DNA from: Lytechinus pictus
Lineage: Eukaryota
NCBI RefSeq assembly: GCF_037042905.1
Contig: NC_087245.1
Location: 18,230,001 to 18,294,000 of the forward strand
Direction: 5' to 3'
DNA: 64,000 nt
The position numbers were made by a program, and so were the translations under genes. Shown here piece after piece: positions 38,666-52,153 of this stretch. The notes beneath the pieces were generated by a model. The model saw only the letters and a list, made by a program, of their open reading frames with translations. It was not told where the DNA came from and did not search any database. Positions within the stretch are counted from its first letter, which is position 1. Each line of letters begins with the position of its first letter.

Positions 38666-39371
38666 TATATTCCGGGCTGCTGTTAAATCAACACCGGAGT
38701 TTTTGCAGTGTAATGGCTGTTATTTTGGAAGTTGGCTATTTTGGATTCATGAGACATCATTGTGTGATGATAATCATTAATGAATTCAACTTCAGAAAGA
38801 TACTCTCTCAACATAACCTTATATTTTGAGATTTATTTTAAGAGCGAGTTTTTATCAATTCATATTTTTATCTTTTCTTTTTTTAAAAGTTCAATCTGAT
38901 TGCAGATCACACAGTTTCATACCATACAAGATACAAAAAAAAGTAAACACACCAAAGTTTTTAGACCTACACCATTACTATTAGTATTACGGATATTGCA
39001 AGATCCATGGGAAGAGCCTATATACGGCATGGCTTACTTTTAAATTGATTTATATACATATAAGAAATTCTTCCCTGGAAATCAGAATCAACATAGAATG
39101 GTGAAATAACTCTTATTATAATATTCCTAATCAGCATAGTAATGTGATGAATTCATTTCATAATGCTTGTTGTATACAGGATTTTCATATTATGTCTAAT
39201 TTGGCTAGTATTACCCGAGACACGTCTGTATTTTTTTTAAAAAATCTAATAGCCCGGATTGCATTTATCACGGAAGCTGCTCATGGCTGTATCATTTCTT
39301 TTTCAAGAATCTCTTTCCCTTGGAATAAATATATTTACATCACTTTCTTCTGAGCTTCCTGCTTGGACCTG

Positions 39372-39818
39372 TCACCAGCCATTGTTAATCTTGTTCGTAT
39401 TCAGAGCGCTTGCGCTAACGCTGTAGGTAGCGATCCTTGACTCGTCGCTATTGGCGCTGTCACGAAACCTCTGTTTGTTAGCATGAAGATATGCGTCCAA
39501 CCCAGGAGCATCACCCCAGTCGATAACGCAAGGGCCGTTCCACGCAGACTCCGAGTTTGCATGGTAGCTTTTCTCCTTGACGCGGTAAGACTGACTGCGG
39601 ATGTTGCACTCGATGATGGAGAGAGAACTCCAGGCGCTGCGGACCTCTTTGGACCGGATGCAGAACAAAGCGAAGATGATGAACCCTTGGAAGCTGTTGA
39701 AGATACAGAAGAGTAGCCGGAAGGCGAAGGAAGCATCACCAACGGCTAAGAAGCCAAATGACCATGTCAATCCTAGCAAGACGGACATGCAGACAGCGTT
39801 CTGAAGCCTTGATATTAC
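39372..39818 (-). CDS. Gene 2 last exon: TM6, TM7 and C-tail
   Basis: Phase 0; VISRLQNAVCMSVLLGLTWSFGFL...LFCIFNSFQGFIIFALFC; TGA stop. Confidence 0.95.
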   Translation of the reverse strand, partial: VISRLQNAVCMSVLLGLTWSFGFLAVGDASFAFRLLFCIFNSFQGFIIFALFCIRSKEVRSAWSSLSIIECNIRSQSYRVKEKSYHANSESAWNGPCVIDWGDAPGLDAYLHANKQRFRDSANSDESRIATYSVSASALNTNKINNGW

Positions 39819-40128
39819 CTGTAAGTTGACATGATTTGAAGGAGAGAAAAATGGGGAAAAAGGGTGAATTAAAATTAGTCATATAACCCCTATATATCAA
39901 GGTTGCCATACTTTCGTGTGCTCCCAATGTGCAGACAGTGTACTTCATATTTGTGATTGATTCGAATCTCACTAAGACAGTGAAGTACTATTCATTATTT
40001 TTTTTTAAACACCACATAGACAAATATTATAAGTAAGCAATGCTCACTTAATTATTAAAACATGTATTGTAGCAATTGAAGACGAATGCCACAGTTTTAA
40101 AACATTTTTGAAACCATTCGCCACCTAC

Positions 40129-40285
40129 CTGCTCTCGTTTGGTTTTATTGACGGAGTTCCCACTCATATCAGAGCAAAGCAAGTTTCTAATGGCTAGACT
40201 GAATGTGATGATGTTGTGCAGTAAGATCACACCTATTGGTAAAAGCAGCCCGTAGTACATCACGTGACTTGGCATCAGAAAACAA
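40129..40285 (-). CDS. Gene 2 exon: TM5 and ICL3
   Basis: Phase 2-0; YCFLMPSHVMYYGLLLPIGVILLHNIITF. Confidence 0.93.
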
Positions 40286-40663
40286 CTGAAAAAATAAAAT
40301 TCAATAGAATGATTGCAGTGTACTGCATATGAATCATATCGACTTGACATATTACTTGATATAAAACACACTATAATATTGCTATCAGCATAGATAACTG
40401 CTCTAATTAACAATGATTATTTTGCATGCGCTCTTCCCAACTAACTACATTAGTTTGTATTTTGATCATTGCAATGTACACACTCATACCTAAAGGTAAG
40501 TGTCCACGTGCAATTGCTCACATAATCATTGTAGAATACATATTTTACAACTCCCACTCGTAACATTGTCTGCATATCAACGGGTCTTATTAAAAACTCT
40601 AACATTCACGCAAAATTTAAATTTCATAATCAAGCGGCGAAAAACAGGACAAATGAGACTTAC

Positions 40664-40730
40664 TATGCTGTATTTTTATAGCTATCCATAGACAATCCCA
40701 CTGCAATTGTAACAGGGATAACCGGAATAC
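40664..40730 (-). CDS. Gene 2 exon: rest of TM4 and ECL2 (67 nt, absent from ORF track)
   Basis: Phase 1-2; GIPVIPVTIAVGLSMDSYKNTA; acceptor ataacag, donor GTAAGT. Confidence 0.9.
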
Positions 40731-41294
40731 CTGTTATGAAAAAAGACATTAAAAAGAACGAAAATTTGGCCAAATATCTTTTCAAGAATATTAAAATAAG
40801 TCAAACATGCTGAAAAGTGAGTAGAATATTTTTACAATGATTGGAGTGTTATAAGTGGATTCTATTTCTATTTTGAATATGAGGCGTTTTAATTTCCGTG
40901 AAAATGCTTTCAATGTCAGTTCGATTTTTTTTATGCATTCACTTTTAACTATGGATCATCATTTTTCACAGACACTGGAAAATCAATACTCTGTTGCACT
41001 GGAGACTGGGAAATGGTGGCATTTGGCAGGATTTATTACCAGAATCGTCACTACATTATATAAATTCCATTCTCTGGTATTGGGTTATGGAAACAGACAT
41101 GATAGAGGAGTTGATGATCCCAGTAGCGTAGTGAGCAAAAATGTTTGAGGTATTTTAGTGTAGGTTGTTTGGTGAAGGGTTAGTTAAGTACGTAAGACTG
41201 CTGGAGAAATTACTGATTGGTGGCTAGTTTTCACAATTGGATGTGTCATTGGTCTGGCTATTCATGTCATAATTTAATATCAGATTGTACATAC

Positions 41295-41557
41295 CCCAAG
41301 CGATGAGGGCGGCCTTGATGACGAACCTTGATCTCTCACTCTTGAAGACTTTGACCAGCATGACGTACATGTGACGCGCTTCTACTCCCATCCACATGAC
41401 AGTTACCAATACGAGGTAATGTAGCAAGGCAGCCACCACCAAGCAAGCGTACCGGATGCGAGTCGCTACAATTCCACAGATGAACACCACGTAAAGGACG
41501 AGGAGCGCGAAACAGAGGTGGATAAGGATTTGACGAGACCGATTCGTACGGAGGGAT
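41295..41557 (-). CDS. Gene 2 exon: TM2-TM3 and start of TM4
   Basis: Phase 2-1; QILIHLCFALL...CLVVAALLHYLVLVTVMWMGVEARHMY...IAWG. Confidence 0.95.
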
Positions 41558-42803
41558 CTGTGATAGAAAATGATATCAATATATTTCTGATGAAAATAAC
41601 GTTCATTGAAAAAATAACCACCTTAAATAGGTGTTGCCGGACGAATTTGAAAGGGGCGGAATATGCATAATATTACAATCTGATTATCATTTCCACGTTT
41701 TTGTACGGGGGGGGGGGGGGCTGAAGTCCCTCGAATCCCGGTTCCGCGGCCCCTGCTAAACAGGTGGCACCAAAGCTCTAACAAGTTTGCATTATTAACG
41801 AACAGAGTGAGGGGGTATGTACAATTGGAATTTTGACATGAAATGAAAGACCTTCCAGTTCAGCATGTATTTTATGAAAACTATTCATTTATCTTCCAAA
41901 GTTTCTCAAAAGCAAGAACTTATACAAATAACAATGAAACGTGAAAAGTTTACGAATTGTATCTGAATGGATTGTAGCGGGGTTTTTTTCTTCAATTTGA
42001 GTCGCTAGCATACACAATTCTCACAAAACTGATTTAAAATGTGGGTCATATCGATACCAATCTATCAAGTAATCTTATTGATCTGGTGTAGATAATTTAT
42101 TTAATCTTTTAGAGTGTTTTTTTTTTATCTGTGCCGGTTGAAAAATATCATTAAAAAGCAACTGCAGATATTCTGTTAATCCAAGCAACGAAAGGTCAGT
42201 TAATTCGGAAGGTTTTAGGAAGCAAGTGTATGGATTGCACTTCCCCCACAATGGATCTAATAAAATGATAACATTAACCTAAAAATCGAATACTCAGTGC
42301 ATGTGTGAACGGTATGGCACTCATCCCTGGTACTTTTAATAACATCGACGAAACGTAAAAGCGTTGGTTGTGTGAACAGAATGTGATTATGTGACCGAAG
42401 TGCATTGTATATGCAGGGATATACTAAAGTGTCATGGTGGTTTAAAATCTAATGAGATAAGCACCAACTTTGATGTCTTGATTATTCATATATTCTTTTG
42501 AATTGTGTTTTTTATTTACATCCACGAAAAACAACAATGCGTCCACGAACGACTGGTATTTCACAGTTTGCCAAGTACATTGTGCAACAAGCTACAATTT
42601 GCATTTAAATTAGAAATGCAACAAATACCTTCATAAAGTGTTCATTGGTGTGCTATTCTAGTCGCCTGGTCTATTCAATTTCTTCATCCTGCTATGTAAG
42701 GCATGCTACGTAATATCTTGCTTTGAAATCTGCCTATCATAATGAAAGAAATGAAAGGTCATTTGACCAAAATTGTCCGTGAAGTAACTACGAACTGGTC
42801 TAT

Positions 42804-45800
42804 TAGTCCAGGATAGGCCCCATAGAGAAGGGGTCGAACCTTGTTTTTTTAGATATACAATGTTTTTTAATGGTTTCTTGTCATTTCGAGGGTGCTGATT
42901 CCAAATCTGAATGATGCCACTCTTGTAACCTTGAGCATTTTCCGCAAATTGGCAAAATCCAATATGGCCGCCAAAATATGCAAATTACCCATGAAAATCA
43001 TAAAATTGCCCACACATTAGCTATAAAATGCATGTAGTTGTTGTGCAGAAACGAAATACCCGTTGTAAAAGCGATATTTGATAAAATATTTATTTTATTG
43101 ATATTCAAAATGGCCGCCATAACCCCTGTATACTTTATTATGTAGAATATGAATGGGGAAAATATTTTTTTAAAACAAGATCACTATTATTGCATGTGAT
43201 TGTGACCTGCGAGTGGACTACTGTCTGAAAACATGACTATTAACAAAACTATGTCATTTGTATACTATCTAATGTGATAAATGCTGTATTATGATATTCA
43301 AAATGGCTGTCATAGACCCATTATACTGTGTACAATATATAAAAGGGGACAAATAATTTTCACAACCTTTGAATTTGTTTGACTTTAAAATGCCAATAAC
43401 TGCGAAATATTGGTGTAACACTGTCTGACAACAAGGATTTCTAACGAAACATATTATTTCCCTTGCAATTTCGGTAATTATGTTGCATTTTGACATTCAA
43501 AATGGCTGCCATAGGCCCTATCTGTATTATGAACAAAGCGAATGAAGAAACTAATTTTCACAAGATTAAAAACAGTAAAATGAATGTAATTGTAATCTAC
43601 GAGTGAAATATTGTCTAAGAACATGTTTTCTAGCGAAACATATCATTTCCTTTTTCATGCATGAGATAAATGCTGTATTGTAAAATTCAAAATGGCCCCT
43701 ATGGGCCCTTACAGTATTAACTACAATGTAAATGGGGACAAATACTTTTGAAATAATTAGGATTTGCCTGACTATGAAATCCATATAATTCTGTTGTATA
43801 AGAAAAATATTGTTTGAAAACGTGATTTTTTTAAAATGAAATATAACATTTCCTCTCCCATGTAGGTGATAAATGCTGTATTTTGACTTTCAAAACGGCC
43901 GCACAAGCCCTTGTAAATTCTGTAACATGCGTATAGGGAAACTAATAATCACCAGAATGAGAACCAAAAACACACGTAACTATGTGATGTATAGGTAAAA
44001 TTTGGTCTTGAACATGATTTCTGATTAAATACATCACATAATGGTTGAGAAGGTAATAAAGGCCTTACTTTGAAATTCAAAATTGATGCCATAGCCAAAA
44101 GTAGTATGTACATTGTAACTGGGGACAGATAATTACTATGAAAATGGCTTAATTTTGATATAAGTGTTAAGTATTGTCTAAACCCAATGATTTCTAACGA
44201 AATATATCATAGCTCGTGGAGCGTTGTGGCCCAGTGGATTAGTCTTCGGACTTTGAAACAGAGGGTCGTGGGTTCGAATCCCAGCCATGGCGTAATTTCC
44301 TTCAGCAAGAAACTGATCCACAGTGTGCTGCACTCAACCCAGGTGAGGTAAATGGGTACCGGTAGGAAGTAATTCCTTAAAAAGCTGTGTGCGCTATGAA
44401 CGCCTAGCTTAGCCGGGTAATATAGGAGCGCCTTGAGCACCTAACAGGGTGGATATGTGCGCAATATAAATACCCTATATTATATTATTATTATTATAAA
44501 GGTGATGAATGCTGCCTTTTAAAAATGAAAAAATGGCCGCCATAGTCCCTTATCTTAATATGTAAAATTTGAATGGGGAAAGATAATTTCCACACAAAAA
44601 ACATATTGCAGCCATTTTGAATTATAAATATAGCATTTATCACCTAAATAACATAAGAAATTATCTATTTGGTTAGAAATAATATTTTCAGACGATATTT
44701 CACTCATACATGCAACACCATTTTAGTCAAGCAAAGCCAAATTCTGTTTAAATTTTATGTTCCCATTCACAAAGTACATAATAGGCCTACCGTTAGGGCC
44801 TGTAGCGGCCATTTTGACTTTCAAAATACATTATTTATCACCTACCTGGCAGAATGAATGATATATCTTGTTAAAAAATTATGTTTTCAGACAATATTTT
44901 ACTCTTAAATCACAATTATATGCATGTTATGGTGCTGACTCCTGTGAAAATTGGTTTCCCAGATCGATTGTACATAATACAGTCAATGTCTTTTGGCGGC
45001 CATTTTGAAAGTCAAAATGCAATTTTTAACACAAATATGAAACCCGAATAATATATTTCGTTGCAAATTATATTTGAAGACAGTATTCCACTAATTTACC
45101 ACAAAAAATGCGTTTTAGTGCTCACCTTGTGATTGTTTTTGTCCTCTCTCACATCGTAAATCATAATTCTAGGGCCTTTGGCGGCCATATTAAATATCAA
45201 AATACAGGGTTTATCACATACATAGCATGTTAAATAATAAATTTCGTTAACAATAATGTTTTTAGTCAGTATTCCACTCGTTTATCTTAACAAAATGCAT
45301 TTTAGTGCTCACTCTTGTGATTTTTTTGTCACCATTCACATTGTACATAATAGTGTTAGGGCTTTTGGAGGCCATTTTGAATATCAAAATACAGGATTTA
45401 TCACATAACTGACATAACAAATGATATATATCGTTAGCAATCATGTTTTCAGACATTGCTTCACTCATAGATTATAATTACTTGCATTTCAGTGCTCAAT
45501 TTTGTAAAAATTAATTTTCCCCATTCATATTGTACAGGGGTCTATGATGGCGGCCATTTTGATATCAAGAAAATAAATATTTTGACAAAAATCATTTTTT
45601 CAGATATGATTTCACTCCGGCAGCACAATTGCATGTACTTTATAGCCAATGTGTGGACAATTTTATGATTTTCATGGGTAATTTGGATATTTTGGCGGCC
45701 ATATTGGATTTTGCCAATTTGCAGAAAATGCTCAAGGTTACACGAGTGGCATCATTCAGATTCGGAATCAGCACCCTCGAATTGACAAGAAACCATAAAA

Positions 45801-45851
45801 AAACATTGTATATATAAAAAAACAAGGTTCGACCTCTTCTATCCTGGACTA
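42804..45851. mobile_element. ~3-kb foldback element with long TIRs (Academ-like)
   Basis: TAGTCCAGGATAG...CTATCCTGGACTA termini flanked by TAT; over 200 bp of inverted similarity; left arm CAAAATGGCCGCCAT tandem units mirrored by ATGGCGGCCATTTTG on the right. Confidence 0.8.
44216..44499 (+). mobile_element. tRNA-derived SINE (full length, (ATT)n tail)
   Basis: GTGGAGCGTTGTGGCCCAGTGG (A box)...GACTTTGAAAC...GGTTCGAATCCC (B box); core CACTCAACCCAGGTG..AAATGGGTACC; TATTATTATTA tail. Confidence 0.9.
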
Positions 45852-45928
45852 TATTGATCTCAAATCCGTTGGTGGGATGGCTCCCGTCCTCTTTCATTGC
45901 AAAGTCACTATTATGAACATGATCTTAC

Positions 45929-46053
45929 TTGAATAAAAGAAACGTCAGGATGGTAAAAGATAGACCAGCAATGGACAAGAAGCAGCCGATTCTCGTAATA
46001 AGATCCAATGCAAACTTCTCCTTCTGGTTGATGTCTAATTGACCATGAATATC
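45929..46053 (-). CDS. Gene 2 exon: TM1
   Basis: Phase 0-2; ALDLITRIGCFLSIAGLSFTILTFLLF. Confidence 0.93.
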
Positions 46054-46952
46054 CTGATGAAGATTCAGAAGAAAAAAAAAAGGATATTTAATGTTTATTA
46101 GACAGATTTGATAACTTATAGTATCAAACAAAATAGAATACAAATAAAAAAGAACTGATCGAGTAAGAAAAAATGTGGAATTGGTCTTACACAATTTCAA
46201 GTATAAATATGGAAATTCATTTTTATTAATTACATAATGTTACCATACACAATAGTATAACCGAAGGAATTGACGGAAAGTTGTATAATTTCGACGTACA
46301 TATAAAACCATACGGAACATGTGGGTGTGTGTGTGTCAATGACCTACTTCTGGGGAACATTTCTTCCATTACACCAATGCATCAACCAGGGACGTCCCCG
46401 GTTCACACCCCAAAAAAAACATGCCAATCAATTCATCACATTATTTCTAACTATTTCATTTAGTAAAAGCAGGATTTGTAAAGAGTCCGGCCAATTAAAC
46501 TCAAGTTTTTGTGTGTAGGGGTATAGGAAGCGTCCCCGAATAGCGAGCTATATGATCATGATGATGGTCACGTGTTGGAAAATGAGCCCGGTAAGTGGAT
46601 GATTTAATTTTTAAAATAGATTACGAGACTGCAAACACTCGTCCCCACTGTGAAATTACAAGAATGTGTGTGTGTGGTGTAGAGGGTGAGGTAGGATGTA
46701 TTTGTATGTGTGTGAGAGAGGGCGGGGTGTATGGATGTGCGTGAGAGCGTTGCCAGTGGTGGCCATTGTTGTTATTAGTATGTAAAAGAATGTGATATTT
46801 ATATTATATTGGATGGCTCAGAATGGAATACCAGAAATATTCCAAGAGTTTGGGAAAATATTCCACGAACAAGGTACAAAGTCTAGTTGTAATGTTGAAA
46901 AGGCAAGATCAAAGAGCTTATAAATGTTGACTTCCATACATTTAATACCTAC

Positions 46953-47111
46953 CACTAACACAGCAAAATTTGTCAAATGGTTGCAGTAGCAGATAATATT
47001 TCCATCATTGCGACGCCCTGCAAATTGGCATCCCTTGTCCGACCAGTCTCCTCTCCCTTGCTCCAACGTGAAATCCCAAAACACACATTCAATGTTGGAA
47101 TAATTTAAACC
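46953..47111 (-). CDS. Gene 2 exon: GPS autoproteolysis motif
   Basis: 159 nt, phase 0-0; CVFWDF...GDWSDKGC...ICYCNHL|TNFAVLV. Confidence 0.95.
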
Positions 47112-48366
47112 CTGGGGTAAAAAACAATTAGGAGGATATGTTTTATAATTTGGCTATAGATATATAATTCGGCGCTTATTTTATGAACCGGAACAGGTCT
47201 ACGAACTCTCGTGATGCGAAAACACGTTTCCTCGATAAACGCGTCGAAAGACTTGGATAATTCTGAATATTAATTTGAAATTTTGCTCATTATGTTACTT
47301 TATAGAAGAAAATCGTATGCCGGTTCGATAAAACAACGAGGAAATGTTGGACTTTATTAGGCAAACGTTTAATTATCATGATTATAGCTTAAAAATAAGA
47401 GAAATTAACATATTAACACTGTTCAAATTTCGAGAATGCCATTCTACTTTGCAAATGATGCAGGAGGATTAGGGGGTGCTATTTTGAAAAAAAAAGTATA
47501 TCAGTGACTGCCTGTTAAATGAATACGGCCAATTTTGTGATTCGAATGGTTGCAAAAAATGAATCTCTTTGCAACGAGTCATGTGAACATATCAGTCTAA
47601 CAGAATTCGTGCCATTATCTATTTTTCAAAATAATACAGTAAATCGGCGCCAGATGAGAGAAAAAATAGCTGATTGAAACCACTATGTAATCGTAAGAGG
47701 TTTATCTTCCGATATCAACAGATATGGAAATAAGGCCATTATCCTGGATCTAGCCTCACTGAAACTATGGTAACACGATTGCGTTAGGCGACAGTCAAAT
47801 CTCTTAATAAACCTATAAGTTTTGTATTGCCTTGGGATTGATTGACTTCCCTTTAAATAATTTAGTGAAAATGGTTTCTTCTGATTTTTTTTTCCATTAG
47901 GCGGGGCTGACAAGTGGAAAATGGAAATCCTTCTCAGAAAATGAATACATTTTAAACCTCAAACTGATGAAAGGAGCTGTATAAACGTAAATTATATATT
48001 GTATTGTATTTAGATTGCATGTATGAAAAAAAAACTGTGCCGTTCTCCAGAAATAATTTTTCATATAGGAAAGGAATGAAAGAATGCATTTATTCTTTCT
48101 TCTAAGTATCTTAAATTTATTCTTAAAATCTGTTGGACAAAATTTTTTTAACAGATCAACATCAAGTTTCGCAGTCAGCAAAATTATTCAGACACACCGT
48201 ACATTAATTTTTCATACATTACCTCTCTTATTCATGTTTTTTGCTACTGTCTTGCTTTGAATAAATTCTGAGCAATCGTTTTGTTTATTTGATAATTATT
48301 TGCAGTTTCTTCACATGCTTTGCTTGGTCACACTGTTATTATATACAAGTTATATTTTATATTCAC

Positions 48367-48641
48367 CTCCTCAGCTCCGAATTCAATAACAACCGGATCA
48401 TTCAGATTGACAATTGTCATACCGCCTGCGACCGATGCTGACAATACTGGTCCCAGCACCTTGGTTATTCGAGGGGTCTGTGGGGGTACGTTTCCATCAT
48501 CACCATCAGGGGGCCAAGTCGTTCCATGGGAGAAGCTCTGTGTATAGTTCTCTTGTCGACGACGAAGGCGCTCGGATGGGAAGAGGGTGTCGTCTTTGTA
48601 AACAACAAAGCTAACTGGGATGGCACTCCCGTTGAAGGCAA
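48367..48641 (-). CDS. Gene 2 exon: GAIN subdomain B (absent from ORF track)
   Basis: 275 nt, phase 1-0; PVSFVVYKDDTLFPS...GPVLSASVAGGMTIVNLNDPVVIEF. Confidence 0.9.
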
Positions 48642-49166
48642 CTTAAGGAAAATAAAAAAATAAAATTATACCAATGGGACCCACAATGTAGGAGTCACTT
48701 GATAATGGATATTCAAAATATAAATAAGAACATGAAAGATTTTCAATCTATAGTAAGAAATTCATTAAATGAATACATACGTCACTACGGAAGCAATGTT
48801 TCGAATATGTCATCCATGGAAGTGACATAACGGACTTAATTGCTATCTCAGAATTGAATATAAAAAAAAACACGGGGTCACACTTTGACGATTACAATTT
48901 ATGATATATCAAAATTATAAAATCAGTACTGCTCAGCTTGTTCGTTTTACGAAGAAAAATACAAGGGACCAATTTTAAGAAAATAAAACGGTTTCACATT
49001 GAAATTAACACAGGACTCTAAGCAAACAATCCTAACCAACAACAAAAAGTGATAATCAATTTTAGTTGGTTATTACAACAAAACAAATGGTTTATGGCCT
49101 GGACCATGGCAACTGTTTTAGGCTTCTTTATTACATAGGAAGTTGTTCAGACTATTCAAATATTAC

Positions 49167-49542
49167 CTTCAAAGACTTCAGAAGGCAGTTGAATAGATGC
49201 TTCCATCTGCAGGTGTTTCTGCATTGGACCTGTATCATTCTTGATAATGGTCCTGAGAAATATTTCTTCTTCCTCCCCTTCCCCGCCATTATTGTCTTTA
49301 TCAGATGTCACAGGCGCAAACGTCAGTCCCATTGTGACATCATCAGGACGAAACGACGCGGTTCGGACCGCGATGAAAGCGGTGGCGATGTTTAGTGTCT
49401 TGTCGCAGTGGGCGCTCTCCATAATCTGCCTGTCGAGAGCTTGAAGAATAGTGCCGAGTTCATGCCCGACCTCTTCCCTTGTAGCTGTCGGTATGTCAGA
49501 CTCAGCCACTCGGCCAACTATCTCAACGAATGCATTGGAAAC
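49167..49542 (-). CDS. Gene 2 exon: GAIN domain
   Basis: 376 nt, phase 0-1; VSNAFVEIVGRV...ILQALD...IAVRT...EASIQLPSEVF. Confidence 0.88.
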
Positions 49543-49629
49543 CTGGGAAACATTTGAGTAAGTGAAACACGTGCATGAACAATGTTTTCTACGAATATTT
49601 AAGATAATGATTATGTACCAAATAGAACT

Positions 49630-50070
49630 AAAAGGGGTACTCCGGTTTGAAAATTATTATCATGTCTATGTAAATAAATAGAGCTAAATTCACGTAGCAT
49701 ATTGCTTAAAATCTCAACACAATCTGATTGAAAATAACGACGTTAGGGCCTATTGAATTTTGAGGTTTAGTAATATATTGTGGAAACAGTTTCATACACA
49801 TTGACATGAATATTCATTAGGTGGGCTGATAATGTCACATCCCCACTTTCCTTTTTCTTATGTTATTACAAAAAAAATCATAATTATTTCATATTTTCAT
49901 ATATGTGTGTATGATGTCTACCTTATAATAAGAGAAGTCGCAGCAATAAATATTGTTTTGAGAAATTAAGCAAACTTTACAATTTCATAAATTCCTTTGA
50001 TACTGTATATCCAATTTTGATGAAATTCTCAGCATTTATCTTATTTGATTTTTTTCTCTTTTTATTTATT
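49630..50070. mobile_element. Degenerate partial Kolobok-like MITE (family B-related)
   Basis: Shares CATGAATATTCATTAGGTGGGCTGAT..TGTCACATC and TTTTGATGAAATT with 14220-14819. Confidence 0.6.
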
Positions 50071-50117
50071 GGGAATTGGGATTAATCAAATAAGGTTGTC
50101 AAGTAAATAGCACGTAC

Positions 50118-50264
50118 TGTTTTGGAAGGGGATTCCACATCGGCCATGTTCTGCAGTGTGTCAGATAAGAACATAATGTCCTCTCGTTCAAATTCAGTTT
50201 GATTTACAACGACAGCTTCTACATATTTCGCTACCTCTTTCACGTTGTACTTCGAAACAGGGAC
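50118..50264 (-). CDS. Gene 2 exon: GAIN subdomain A helices
   Basis: 147 nt, phase 0-0; VPVSKYNVKEVAKYVEAVV...DIMFLSDTLQNMA. Confidence 0.85.
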
Positions 50265-50972
50265 CTGTATAAAAATAAAAACAACCTGATTGATTATTGA
50301 AATATTATACGAACCCTCATCCAAATATTGATAGTTGATATCGTTAAGATTTTACACCCCTCGGAAAAGAGGAAAGTGATGTAAAGAAAAATAATGGGAC
50401 CTAGATTTAAAAAAATGGATTCGGCACATTCTAATGCTGCAGGAAACGGAACAAAAAACATATGGCAGGGACTGAAAATGGCGTACAGTTAGAGGGCCGA
50501 GGACTACGCCCCCCCCGAAAAAAAATTATACGATTAAGGGAAAAAATGAGAAAATGAAAGAAAGGGTAAATTGTGGCGTTATTTTGTCAGGATTATGTAA
50601 AAATTCTATCACAAGATTTTATTTTTCATTTTAAGAATGTTCTAAAATTGTTCTCCCTCGATTCGCTCGATCGGGACATTTAAGAAATTGTAGCGCCCAA
50701 GTCATGTTGTGCTCACTCGGGTTTTTCGGTCATTATTATGCCACTAGGCTTCTATTTCTCCTCCATCCAGGAGACAATTTGGTTGTCCTTACCTCTCTTT
50801 TGAAGAATGTCAACAGGTAATGTCCAACAATAGGGTCGGGTTTGAGGTTCGGATGCTATACTATTACAAAGAAAGGCAATAATGTATAGTCTCATCGAAC
50901 GGCATGATCAGAAAGTGGGAAATAGGATTAGGACTTAGGAGGGTCAGAAAATTAATTAGACATTCAACTTAC

Positions 50973-51097
50973 CATACTGAGATCCCTGAAATCAAGCGGG
51001 GTGATGTCTCTGCCACATGTTCGGATCTTCACCCTTTGCCAAATTCCCACATCAGTGTAGTCAAACTGACAGTATCGGACAGCCACCGGGTGCCCAC
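50973..51097 (-). CDS. Gene 2 exon: HormR-like domain, second half
   Basis: Phase 1-0; GGHPVAVRYC...GIWQRVKIRTC...; donor ATG|GTAAGT. Confidence 0.88.
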
Positions 51098-51589
51098 CTG
51101 TAACATTAAGATATAGAAAAAACTGTATTTCATAATCACCCTTTAAAATTTCATAAGTCATAACGATTTACGTTTTAATTCAAGAGGATACATTTTGACG
51201 ATCAACTCCTCACTTAGTTCTACCCTACGGGTTTGAAACATGGGCAAGAACCAAGAGAAAGAAATTGAATTAAATGTTTGTCAGAAGCGATTGTTCATTT
51301 TGCCCAAAATGTCATAGATGATGCTCAGCATCACATCTGCAGAAATATAGAAAAGAAAAACAAGACAGAGAAGACTGACACTGGACAGGCACTACTTCAG
51401 GAGGGAATGTGAGCAATTTTTAACATAACAGTATATACAAAATTATTCATACTTATCAATACAATACTTGATACAAGTACACCTCTTACAGTCTCGTCTG
51501 CATTACGCGATTAATTATAGCACTGACTTTGAAAACAACAAAGATGAATAATCGTTTGAAAATTTAACATTCATATGATAATAAAATAC

Positions 51590-52065
51590 TAGGTTCGTTG
51601 ACCCTAAATGACCTTTGAGCTTGATCATGTGACCTTAGAATAGGGCAAGACGATCAGATATGATGGTATTTTAACAAATACCTCCAACTCGGTCAAGGTT
51701 CATTGACCCTAAATTAACTTCGACCTTCATCATGTTACCTGAAAATCATGAAAGACGATCAGTGATACTTGATTACTCTTACGTCCAAGTTGAACTAGAT
51801 CCACATACTTAAGTTATGATGGCAATCATGGCATTTTCAAAGTTCATTGACGGTAAATGACTTTTGACCTTGGTTATGTGACCTGAAACTCAGAAAAGAT
51901 GTTCAGTGTCCAATTTTCATGAAAAGGGTGTTTATACTTTCTAAGTAATAATGACATTTAATAAATTTAATCTTGGTCAAGATTTCAAAATTGACGACGC
52001 CGCAGCGTCGCCGTCGGAAAAGCGCCGCTACAGTATCACTCTGTTATACAGGCGAGAAAGAAAAC
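51590..52065 (-). mobile_element. Helentron/HINE-like element remnant with TGACCT(T)TGACCT repeats
   Basis: Three ~110-140-bp units CATTGACCCTAAATGACCTTTGACCTTGGTCATGTGACC, then GACGCCGC/GTCGCCGTC. Confidence 0.45.
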
Positions 52066-52153
52066 AAGTTTCAATGTAGCTATTATGTTTATCGTATAGG
52101 CCTGCAGTAAACAATACCCTGAACCCAGATCCTCTATCAGTGATGATGCTGGG

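Noticed and set aside
44216..44295. tRNA-Gln(TTG)-like gene (also at about 10540-10617)
   Set aside because: Continues into a shared SINE body and tail, so it is a SINE head and not a tRNA gene
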